Source: Lentisphaerae bacterium ADurb.Bin242 (lineage in GTDB: Bacteria > Verrucomicrobiota > Lentisphaeria > Victivallales > UBA1829). Taken from it: a stretch of DNA of 64,000 nt. Shown here piece after piece: positions 17,699-25,514 of the stretch (positions are counted from its first letter, which is position 1; every line of letters begins with the position of its first letter). A program made the translations under genes and the position numbers. The notes under the pieces are model-generated. The model did no database searches and had not been told where the DNA came from. It saw only the letters and a program-made list of their open reading frames with translations. The stretch covers positions 18,050 to 82,049 of the forward strand of contig MWCA01000004.1 of the NCBI GenBank assembly GCA_002069785.1, given 5' to 3'.

Positions 17699-20089
17699 AT
17701 GAAAAAATTTGTCACCCGGAATTTCACCGTCGGTTTCAAGGAAGCGGATACGAATGGTTTTCCGGAGCATCTGTTTCTGCCGGACTTGTTCGGGGAACGC
17801 GATCTTTTCGCGGAACGGCCCGGACTTTTCATCACGCTGGCCGACGGCGTCCGGCTGACAGGAACCCTTCTTCCGGAATCCGGCTGCGAGATGTATAAGA
17901 ACGACTCCGGCGCGGACATCCTCGAATTCCAGAAGCTCGGGTTCACCGACGGCCGCCGCACGTCAGACTTCTCCCTCAGCATCCGGCATGAGATCTATCC
18001 CGACGGCACCGTTTTCAGCAATGCGTTTTTGGTAAGTCAGACCGGGACCCCGCCCGACATCGCCGGGTTCGAGGTCCGGTACGTCCTTGCCCTGCGTTCA
18101 TTCCGGACCGTCCGCTGGGCGCTCTCCTGCCGTCCGAAGGAAATCGACGGCACCATTATCCAGACTTCCGCCCCGGAACGGGGGCTGGAGGCCGGGGAAG
18201 ACCGGACCGTCGAAAACGGAATCTTCCCGCTGGCCGGATTCAACTGTTACGAGGCGGACGGCCCCTCGCTGTATGCGGAGTTTTTCATGGAGGGCGACAA
18301 CGTCCTTTCCAAAAACAAGTCCGACAATTGTTCCTCCGTCCGCTGGAAGGACGGCAATGCCGAACTGACCTGGAATTTCCAGAAGAAGCCCGCAAACTCG
18401 GGAAGCCGCCCGTGGCAGTGGCGCAACCAGTGGGGCTTCACGGTCGCCGCCGCGCCGCGGAAGCGGCATCGTCCCCCCTTTGTCATGTATCATTATTTCG
18501 ACAACTTCAAGCGCTATCCGACGGACGAGGCGCTGAAGGCAATCGCCGATTCCGGGGCGTCCGTGCTGGCGATCCATGAGAACTGGCGGACCGATCCCCA
18601 GAACGGGGGAATGCCGTTCGACCCGGTCCGCATGCGGGAGGTCGTCGACTTCATGCACACGCGGGGAATTGCCGTGGCGCCGTATATCCGCGGAAACGAA
18701 GAGTCGGTAGCGGACCAGGGCTGCGACTGGTTCCGGAAGTATTTCAAAAAGGATTTCGACGGGCTCTACATGGATTACGGCGGACCTTTCCACTATGTCG
18801 CTCCGGCGGACGAAAGTTTTCATTCGGGCCGGATTCTGTTCCGGAAGCACTATCTCCTTTCGAAGATGCGCCGCGACGTCGTGGGGAAGGACGGCCTGAT
18901 CCTTTCCCACACGGGTCCGCTCTTTTCCGCGCTCGGTATGCTCGACGACCGGATCGACGGCTATGTCTCCGGCGAAGGGGAGCGCGGACTTCTGATCCGG
19001 AGCCGTCTCGACCACGCCTATTACTCGATGTCGTGCGTCTGCCCCGGGACGATGTGGACTGCCGCATTTCCCGAATACAGCGAAGAGCGTATGATTCCGT
19101 TCCTGGCCGCGACAGGGCAGAGCCCCCACAGCACGCTCGGCGTTCAATTTCCGTCTTCCTCGCTGGCGCATCCTCCGCAGCCTGGCCTCAACGATGTGAA
19201 TTTCCGTCCGCTTTGGAAACTGTGGAATCTTTTCCGGAACGAACGGGATGTTTTTGTCTATAGCGATTACAACTGCCGGGGCGTGTTCCCTGTTTCGGAA
19301 ATGGTCGGGCATTACCTGATGATCTCGAAGGACGCGAAACGCGCACTCCTGATCTTCTCCAATTTCATGGATGCCGAGGCGGAGGTGTCCACTGCCGCCG
19401 CATGGGAGGAGACCGAATTCGGCGGGATTTCCGGGGCGGACGTCTGGCTTTGCCGTCCCGACGGGAAGGCGCCCGGAAAACCGGAACGCTTCCAGGCGGG
19501 CACTTCGTTCCGCCTCCGCCCGTACGGCGTGGCGGCCCTGTGCGTTTCAAGAGCTCCGTTCGAGTTCGGCGAATACAGCCATCCGTATCCCGTCCCCGGA
19601 AAAGGATTGAAGGCATACATGAAGGAAACCGAAGAACAGTTCCGGGCGAGATACCGGCGCGGTTCCGCCCCCGACTGGTTCCTGCGCGTGGCCGTTCCGA
19701 AAAACGAACTGGCGTATGAGGAATCCATGATATGGGACCTCTACGACAACCGTTTCGAGCTGGGGGAGATCATGGAAAAAGGATTCGTCAGTCTCGGTTT
19801 CATCGGAAAAAACGGGTTCCGGAAGAACCCGACGGAACGGCCCGATTTCGTCTGGCCGGGGGAACAGTCCGTCTGGATCGGATTGAAGGAAATCGTGGGA
19901 CCCGGCAAAAAGAAACTGGCGATTTTCAGCACGCACCGCGGGGAACTGTATTATGCGGGCGTTCCGTTCTATTCGTTCCTGACGGCCTCGCTGGCAAGGA
20001 CGCCGGACGGAGAGGCTTCGGTCGTCGAATTCCGCAACGAGCTGGAATCCGACCGGGCTTACCTGCATTTCGACGTCGAGATCGAATAA
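17699..20089 (+). CDS. large hypothetical protein (796 aa, no signal peptide), possibly glycoside-hydrolase-like
   Basis: Trimmed to the ATG at 17699 (MKKFVTRNF). Segments such as VLAIHENWRTDPQNGGMPFDP, GLYMDYGGPFHY and ILSHTGPLF suggest a TIM barrel. The family is unknown to me. Confidence 0.7.
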   Translation: MKKFVTRNFTVGFKEADTNGFPEHLFLPDLFGERDLFAERPGLFITLADGVRLTGTLLPESGCEMYKNDSGADILEFQKLGFTDGRRTSDFSLSIRHEIYPDGTVFSNAFLVSQTGTPPDIAGFEVRYVLALRSFRTVRWALSCRPKEIDGTIIQTSAPERGLEAGEDRTVENGIFPLAGFNCYEADGPSLYAEFFMEGDNVLSKNKSDNCSSVRWKDGNAELTWNFQKKPANSGSRPWQWRNQWGFTVAAAPRKRHRPPFVMYHYFDNFKRYPTDEALKAIADSGASVLAIHENWRTDPQNGGMPFDPVRMREVVDFMHTRGIAVAPYIRGNEESVADQGCDWFRKYFKKDFDGLYMDYGGPFHYVAPADESFHSGRILFRKHYLLSKMRRDVVGKDGLILSHTGPLFSALGMLDDRIDGYVSGEGERGLLIRSRLDHAYYSMSCVCPGTMWTAAFPEYSEERMIPFLAATGQSPHSTLGVQFPSSSLAHPPQPGLNDVNFRPLWKLWNLFRNERDVFVYSDYNCRGVFPVSEMVGHYLMISKDAKRALLIFSNFMDAEAEVSTAAAWEETEFGGISGADVWLCRPDGKAPGKPERFQAGTSFRLRPYGVAALCVSRAPFEFGEYSHPYPVPGKGLKAYMKETEEQFRARYRRGSAPDWFLRVAVPKNELAYEESMIWDLYDNRFELGEIMEKGFVSLGFIGKNGFRKNPTERPDFVWPGEQSVWIGLKEIVGPGKKKLAIFSTHRGELYYAGVPFYSFLTASLARTPDGEASVVEFRNELESDRAYLHFDVEIE

Positions 20090-20099
20090 ACTGCTTTTT

Positions 20100-20297
20100 A
20101 TGAGACTGGAACGCGGGGAAAGGGAACCCTTTCTAAAGATTTTCAATGAGTGGAACTGTTTCGTTATTGTGTTCGACGATAGTCTTGAAGTTGAGTATGA
20201 GTTTAAAAATGGTTCCCTTGAAAAAGTCTCAAAAAACTCATCTCCGATTCCTGATAAGAACTTTAACTGGGATCTTTATAACGCAAAGGAGACCTGA
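20100..20297 (+). CDS. small ORF (65 aa), possibly real or a gene remnant
   Basis: The sequence is MRLERGEREPFLKIFNEWNCFVIVFDDSLEVEYEFKNGSLEKV.... Its stop lies 2 nt before the next ATG, a coupling-like arrangement. It has no clear RBS of its own and lies in low-G+C DNA. Confidence 0.3.
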   Translation: MRLERGEREPFLKIFNEWNCFVIVFDDSLEVEYEFKNGSLEKVSKNSSPIPDKNFNWDLYNAKET

Positions 20298-20299
20298 TC

Positions 20300-21511
20300 A
20301 TGGGCGCGGAAGCATATACATGGATTACGAAATACAGAAAGAATCTTGGCGATGCCCTCGCGGCGGCGCGGGAGGAGACTTTTGCCGCCGGAAAGTTCAT
20401 CGGAGCGGGAGAAAAAACGGCGACTATTGAGAAGGCCATTGAACTTGGCGCGGAATGCGGCACGGGATCACTGCTGGACATCGTTTCCGTGAGCGACAGT
20501 CCGGAGCTTTGTTCCGTCTGTCCGGTTTCCAGGGAGGATTTGCTCGAATTTTTCGGTACGGAACGCCCCTCGTTCGCCGAGATCGAAAAGTGCATGCCGT
20601 TCTGGGAGTCCTTCGACCGCGGCGAAGCCCGTGCCGTTACGCTTTACGAAAACGGCAAGCCCGCGAAAATCTGTTTTGCCGGTTGGACCATCGACGTCCC
20701 CGCCGCCGGAAGCGGTGGATTATCGGTTGAGATTCCCGCAGGTATCATCGAAACTCCGGTAAGCCTACCTGATAACGGTTGGCCGGTATGGAATCTGGTC
20801 GCATCATATCGCACGATATGTATTATTGTTGCGGAAGTCCTTCGGGAACCCGCAAACGAAGTCCTGAAAAAAGCTCAGGAACAATTTTCACCGGAAAGCG
20901 GTGTGTCGTTTGCGTTGTTGAATCACGGTCGGGACTTTCTTTTTGCCTTTCCTCCTCGAAATACAGCTTCTGCCGCCAAAGACGCGGAAGAGAAGATGAA
21001 TCAATTTCTTCGCAGTGTCGAAGAGATAGATCGCGCCGGATTTATGGCAAGAGGAGATACTGGTTTTCCCAATGAGAAGGATTGGCTTAATATGGTCGCT
21101 CCCTTTTGCGAATCCGATTCCTGCAATCAGGTTTTGATAAAAGTAAAACACGCCGATACGATTGTCCTGAATCACCCCATGACGGTTACTTTGAAATTTC
21201 ATCCTCGGAAATGGTATTTGAATGAAGGAGAAGTTCCGAATTTCTCACTGGCAATAGAAAAAGCGGATAAAATCATCAATGAATGGTTTTATGAAGCAAA
21301 AATGGTCGGCTTTCAGAACGAATTCGTCTTTAACGACGATTTTTATATTGAACGGGTGTCAAATGGATGTAAATTCAAGATAACTTGCAAAGAGCCGGTG
21401 CAATTTCCTTTTTGGGAATTGTATCTGCGCCTGCGTTCCGGTCTGACGGCGGAAGAACGCTACAGCACCTTGTCTTTTTCCGGCTCCCGTGCAAAAAAAG
21501 CAAAGGCATGA
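20300..21511 (+). CDS. hypothetical protein (403 aa), compositionally chimeric
   Basis: AAGGAG lies 8 nt upstream of the ATG. Residues 1-132 (to GWTID) lie in higher-G+C DNA than the rest of the gene. I recognise no catalytic family. Confidence 0.65.
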   Translation: MGAEAYTWITKYRKNLGDALAAAREETFAAGKFIGAGEKTATIEKAIELGAECGTGSLLDIVSVSDSPELCSVCPVSREDLLEFFGTERPSFAEIEKCMPFWESFDRGEARAVTLYENGKPAKICFAGWTIDVPAAGSGGLSVEIPAGIIETPVSLPDNGWPVWNLVASYRTICIIVAEVLREPANEVLKKAQEQFSPESGVSFALLNHGRDFLFAFPPRNTASAAKDAEEKMNQFLRSVEEIDRAGFMARGDTGFPNEKDWLNMVAPFCESDSCNQVLIKVKHADTIVLNHPMTVTLKFHPRKWYLNEGEVPNFSLAIEKADKIINEWFYEAKMVGFQNEFVFNDDFYIERVSNGCKFKITCKEPVQFPFWELYLRLRSGLTAEERYSTLSFSGSRAKKAKA

Positions 21512-21563
21512 ACCATGGGAATCTTTGAGAAAGTGAAATCGTGGCTGCGATACCGAAAGAAGC
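21507..21563 (+). repeat. copy 1 of a 57-bp direct repeat spanning the RBS/start and first 16 codons
   Basis: The sequence is CATGAACCATGGGAATCTTTGAGAAAGTGAAATCGTGGCTGCGATACCGAAAGAAGC. It matches 21871-21927 with 3 mismatches. Confidence 0.9.
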
Positions 21564-21862
21564 CTGATTGGTTCGTGGCAAGACTGCCTGTTGGGATGGC
21601 AATGCTGCTGTTTCCGTTTTGTCTGATGGCACAAGAATCGGTAACCAAAAGCAACAAGCAGAATCATCCGTTATCGTGGTGGTTTCTCGGAGGGTGTGCC
21701 GTTTGGTGGCTCGCGTGCGCGATCATTGAGCTGAAACTGCGAAAAAACGAGGAGGATCACAATTTTCCGACCACCGCCTCTTTCACGGTGCGCTGGCTCG
21801 GCATTCTTGTCCCGGTGATGGTAATGGCGGCATATCTCATCTATATGGTTATGGTGTCTTGA
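21515..21862 (+). CDS. small hypothetical membrane protein (115 aa, about 3 hydrophobic segments)
   Basis: The N-terminus is MGIFEKVKSWLRYRKK. Hydrophobic stretches follow: LPVGMAMLLFPFCLMA, LSWWFLGGCAVWWLACAIIEL and WLGILVPVMVMAAYLIYMVMV. Confidence 0.55.
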   Translation: MGIFEKVKSWLRYRKKPDWFVARLPVGMAMLLFPFCLMAQESVTKSNKQNHPLSWWFLGGCAVWWLACAIIELKLRKNEEDHNFPTTASFTVRWLGILVPVMVMAAYLIYMVMVS

Positions 21863-21870
21863 AAAGGAGA

Positions 21871-21927
21871 CATGAACCATGGGAATCTTTGAGAAAGTAA
21901 AATCGTGGCTGCGACACCGAAAAAAGC
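21871..21927 (+). repeat. copy 2 of the 57-bp direct repeat
   Basis: The sequence is CATGAACCATGGGAATCTTTGAGAAAGTAAAATCGTGGCTGCGACACCGAAAAAAGC. It lies 364 bp downstream of copy 1. Confidence 0.9.
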
Positions 21928-23360
21928 TCCGACGCCAAGTTAAGATTTATACGCATTTGCGTGAATTGTCGGAGGGATTACGGAAAGCCGGTCACTCGCA
22001 ATGGGCCGATAAGATCGATAATGCTTTCTATGGTTCGACCTCCGGAGAAATCCTTGATGCTCAAGCCTTCTTATTGCGGAATATTGTGAAACAGGAAAAA
22101 CTTTCTCCGGCGCTTAAATCCAAAATACGCAGAATCGAGCTTGAAATATGGGGACTTTGGCACGGTCTGTTCGCCATTGCGTCATCCGAAGTCGGTAATA
22201 CAAAGGCCATCCTATATCCGTCCGCATTCTGTTCCACACGAACGGATGCCCGACTGCCGCTTGATTATAAAAGAATTGTGGCACATGGCGGCGATCCTTA
22301 CGGCGATTTTGAAATGTGGAAGTGCGGTCATTGCGGAGCTTTCGCGCTTTATGACGATGAACATTGCATGATTTATCTGAATCCGCATGATTTTTCAAAG
22401 CGGTATTTATACGGACCGGAAGACCCGCCAAATCTTTGTCGGCATTGCAATTTGCCGGATGCCTTCAAGCCCGCGACTGAATCCGACGCGGAGGCCATCC
22501 GCAACAGCGTATGGGCAAAATTTCTCCGTGACGGCACTCGCATGCTATTCGTGATTGCTGGAAATCCAAACTCTCCCGCTGAAATTTTGTTTGCCGATTA
22601 TACCATCCAAGCTGAATTTACGGACTTGCAGTATGACCGCACATGGAGGCTCTCCGCCGACACATTCACTTGTTCGGTGCTTCCGGAAAACGGCCGTCTG
22701 GTAGGCATAGACGCTTATACTCCGCCGACGTGCTGGATTCCCGTTCCTGAATTGAGAATGCCGGAAACCTCTGAGACATACCAGTGTTATTTTTCCGCCG
22801 ACTTTGATTCGAACGGCATTGCGCCGTTGTGCAGTAACTCGGCCAAGCGAATTATCTGGCAATATTCCCGTCCAAACAAGGTTCTCCGCGCCGTATTTGA
22901 AGATCGGACGGAGCGTTTTTATTCCGTTGCTCCGAATCTGGCAATCGGCGTGTGCGACGTTAATATCTTAAGCGAAGTCCGGTTCGGCGATATTGAAACG
23001 AAAATGAAAAATTGGCATTTTGATGATAAATGTCTTCTGGTTTATGATGCCGTAGTTGCTACGTTTCCTTATGCAATAAAAATGGCAAGAGAATTTGGAC
23101 AGACGATCATATTGATCTTGGATGTTCCTCCCAATGTTGTTTTTTCCGACAATGCTTATGGATATGTGATTCCGGAAAAGCGGTTGTGGCAAATCGAACA
23201 TAATGGTTATTATCCGGCAGAAGAGCAAGCTGGTATTGTGATTATTGATTTTGCCGGATGCTCTGATGCGACAACGCCTGTTCTGTGGTCGTGGACTTGC
23301 TTCGCCATTTGGGTCGATCCTTACAGCGGCAAAGTCATTAAAACAAAATTCTTAAAATAG
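21879..23360 (+). CDS. hypothetical protein (493 aa) with a Cys-rich putative zinc ribbon
   Basis: AAAGGAGA lies 9 nt upstream of the ATG. The N-terminus MGIFEKVKSWLRHRKK is shared with the preceding gene. The Cys cluster is CGHCGAFALYDDEHC...CRHC. Confidence 0.65.
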   Translation: MGIFEKVKSWLRHRKKLRRQVKIYTHLRELSEGLRKAGHSQWADKIDNAFYGSTSGEILDAQAFLLRNIVKQEKLSPALKSKIRRIELEIWGLWHGLFAIASSEVGNTKAILYPSAFCSTRTDARLPLDYKRIVAHGGDPYGDFEMWKCGHCGAFALYDDEHCMIYLNPHDFSKRYLYGPEDPPNLCRHCNLPDAFKPATESDAEAIRNSVWAKFLRDGTRMLFVIAGNPNSPAEILFADYTIQAEFTDLQYDRTWRLSADTFTCSVLPENGRLVGIDAYTPPTCWIPVPELRMPETSETYQCYFSADFDSNGIAPLCSNSAKRIIWQYSRPNKVLRAVFEDRTERFYSVAPNLAIGVCDVNILSEVRFGDIETKMKNWHFDDKCLLVYDAVVATFPYAIKMAREFGQTIILILDVPPNVVFSDNAYGYVIPEKRLWQIEHNGYYPAEEQAGIVIIDFAGCSDATTPVLWSWTCFAIWVDPYSGKVIKTKFLK

Positions 23361-23504
23361 TCGTGGAATCATGCCGTTGATATTTATACGGCGAAATAAA
23401 ACATGAAAAGAAACCGTGCCATTCACGGGAAGAGAAAAGCAAATAGAAGAAATCGAAAAGTTGCACTTGAATTTTTAATCTAAGGTTTTTGGAAAAAGAT
23501 TTCT

Positions 23505-25514
23505 TCAGCGCTTCTCCTCCGAAAGCATCCGGAGAAGCTGTCGGGCGGGCGCACAGTCCGGGTCGGCCGCCAGCGCCCGGTTCAGCGTGGCGAGGGCGCT
23601 CTCTTTTTTCCCGGAGAGGGCCTGCGCCAGCGCCAGATTCACAAGAAGGCGTGCGTTTCCGGGTTCCAGCATTACGGCTCTCTCAAAGAAGGGAAGCGCT
23701 TCCGCCGGCCTGTTTCCGCGGATCAGCAGGGTTCCCGCATTGTTCAGCGCCTTGCGGTGGGCGGGCAGGAGCGAGACCGCTTTCCGGTAGTGTTCCAGCG
23801 CGGGACCCGGTTTGCCCGTGCGTTGCGCGATCTCGCCGAGATTGAATTCGATGTCGGCCAGAAGTTCGCTCCGCGCGGTTCTGGAACGGGCTTCGTTCAG
23901 GTATTTTTCCGCCTCGGCGAAACGGTTGGAGTCGGACAGCAGCGAGGCGTAATCCACATACCCTTCGGCCTGGGACGGATAATTCCGGATCAGTTCCAGG
24001 AAATATTTTTCCGCCCGGTCACGGTCCCCGATGTCATAAAAGGCGCGTCCGAGAATACCCGCCTTGCGGTCGGGGAAGGCGTCGCTCCGGGGAGCGTCCG
24101 CATATACCGCAATCGCGGCTTTCGGATTGCCCGCGCGGACAAACGAACCGGCCAGCAGGCTGCGGGCGTACTCTTCCTCGGGCTCCCGCGCAATGGCATA
24201 CGGATACAAGGCCGCGGAACAGAGAACGATCATCGCCATCAGCGTGTACGCGGTCCTGCGGGGGCTTCCGATGAACTCCCTCCACGCGCAGAAAAAATAA
24301 ACGGCGAACACCGCCAGCGGAACGGTCAGCGGCAGACGGTAGCGTCCGGCCGTCAGGAAGAAGACCTGTCCGGCGAACACCGAGGCGAACAGGAGAAGTT
24401 CCAGGCTCATCGACCGCCGGAAGCGCCGCCGGAACAATCCGATGGTCAGCGCCGTTCCGCCGAAAAGAAGAAGCGGGAGAAACCAGCCCTGGTAGAGGTG
24501 CCGGTGCCAGAAGATCAGCTTCAGCGGCGTCGCGTCCGACCAGGTTGTGAATTCGCGGGCGCTCAGGGACATGGCTCCTTTCTTGAACAGCTTTGCCGCA
24601 AACCGGAGCGGCTGTTCCGTGAGATAGGAGAAGGATTCTCCTAGAAAGAAGCGGTCCGTGGAAATCCCCTGCTTTTTCGCCCGGTAGCCGGCATAGGCGT
24701 GCTCCTTTTCCCAGCGGGCGCCGGGGGAAATGTAGCAGGTGCCCGTGGAAGCCGGATTATTGCCCAGATAATAGTTGAACGCCCCGTTCTCCTGGATGAA
24801 GACGAGGCGTGAGGCAAGGTGCGTATTCCAGGCGCAGACGGGAAAGACCATTGCCGCGGTTCCGGCCAGAAACACGAGAGTCCGGAGAATGCATTTTTTC
24901 CAGGCGGAGCGGTCCCGCAGCAGCCACCAGAGGGCCGCGGCCGGAACGAAAAAGACGCAGCCGGGATGCGCGATCAGCGCGGCTCCGCAGAAAAGTCCGG
25001 ACCACACGGAAGCGGATTTGGAATGAAGGGTAAAGCACCAGAGAGACCAGAGCAGCAGGACAAGCATCAGGTTTTCGCTGTAGAAGTCGCACTGATAGAT
25101 CACCAGCGGGGGGTAGAGCGCCAGCAGAAGACAGGCGCCGTACGGAATCAGGCGTTTTGCACAGGACAAACCGCCGTAACGCCGGTGCAGAATCCGGAAC
25201 AGCGGGAGGAGAAGGAGCCCCAGGAACAGGGAACTCTGAAGCAGCCGGACAGGGAACAGATTCTGCGGACAAATCCACAGGAAAAACGCCAGGACCCACG
25301 AATACAGGGGTGCATGGATTTGAAGCTCCGGGGGAAGCCATTCTCCGGCGCGGACCCTCCGGGCGGCCGCCAGATATTCCGAAACGTCCGGACCGGTCAC
25401 ATGTTCCAGCAGCGGCAGGGAAGCGAAGTCGAGAAGATACCACAGCCGCACGGCGAACCCGGCGCAAAAAATCAGAAAGAAAAGGAAAAACGGATTTTTC
25501 CACCGGGCGTTCAT
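23505..25514 (-). CDS. polytopic membrane protein, GT-C (PMT_2/ArnT-like) glycosyltransferase N-terminal region with C-terminal TPR repeats
   Basis: The N-terminal ~450 aa contain many hydrophobic helices, with an early DVSEY loop motif. The C-terminal part has TPR-like repeats (AEKYFLELIRNYPSQAEGYVDYASLL, ALEHYRKAVSLLPAHRKALNNAGTLL). Confidence 0.8.
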   Translation of the reverse strand: MNARWKNPFFLFFLIFCAGFAVRLWYLLDFASLPLLEHVTGPDVSEYLAAARRVRAGEWLPPELQIHAPLYSWVLAFFLWICPQNLFPVRLLQSSLFLGLLLLPLFRILHRRYGGLSCAKRLIPYGACLLLALYPPLVIYQCDFYSENLMLVLLLWSLWCFTLHSKSASVWSGLFCGAALIAHPGCVFFVPAAALWWLLRDRSAWKKCILRTLVFLAGTAAMVFPVCAWNTHLASRLVFIQENGAFNYYLGNNPASTGTCYISPGARWEKEHAYAGYRAKKQGISTDRFFLGESFSYLTEQPLRFAAKLFKKGAMSLSAREFTTWSDATPLKLIFWHRHLYQGWFLPLLLFGGTALTIGLFRRRFRRSMSLELLLFASVFAGQVFFLTAGRYRLPLTVPLAVFAVYFFCAWREFIGSPRRTAYTLMAMIVLCSAALYPYAIAREPEEEYARSLLAGSFVRAGNPKAAIAVYADAPRSDAFPDRKAGILGRAFYDIGDRDRAEKYFLELIRNYPSQAEGYVDYASLLSDSNRFAEAEKYLNEARSRTARSELLADIEFNLGEIAQRTGKPGPALEHYRKAVSLLPAHRKALNNAGTLLIRGNRPAEALPFFERAVMLEPGNARLLVNLALAQALSGKKESALATLNRALAADPDCAPARQLLRMLSEEKR

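Noticed and set aside
20146-20430. A 94-aa ORF in another frame that overlaps the start of the 403-aa island gene.
   Set aside because: It overlaps two better-supported frames and has no RBS. Its product is Arg-rich once it enters the G+C-richer part.
23403-23483. A tiny 26-codon ORF encoding a very basic peptide, MKRNRAIHGKRKANRRNRKVALEFLI, at the right edge of the island.
   Set aside because: It has no RBS, it lies in A-rich DNA where AAA and AGA codons arise by chance, and I can check no conservation evidence here. It is worth a look only if Ribo-seq data exist.
20090-23500. The island as a prophage remnant, IS element or integrative element.
   Set aside because: No integrase, transposase, recombinase or phage structural gene is recognisable. 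No tRNA is adjacent, and I could find no flanking direct or inverted repeats by eye. It is kept as an island of unknown origin instead.
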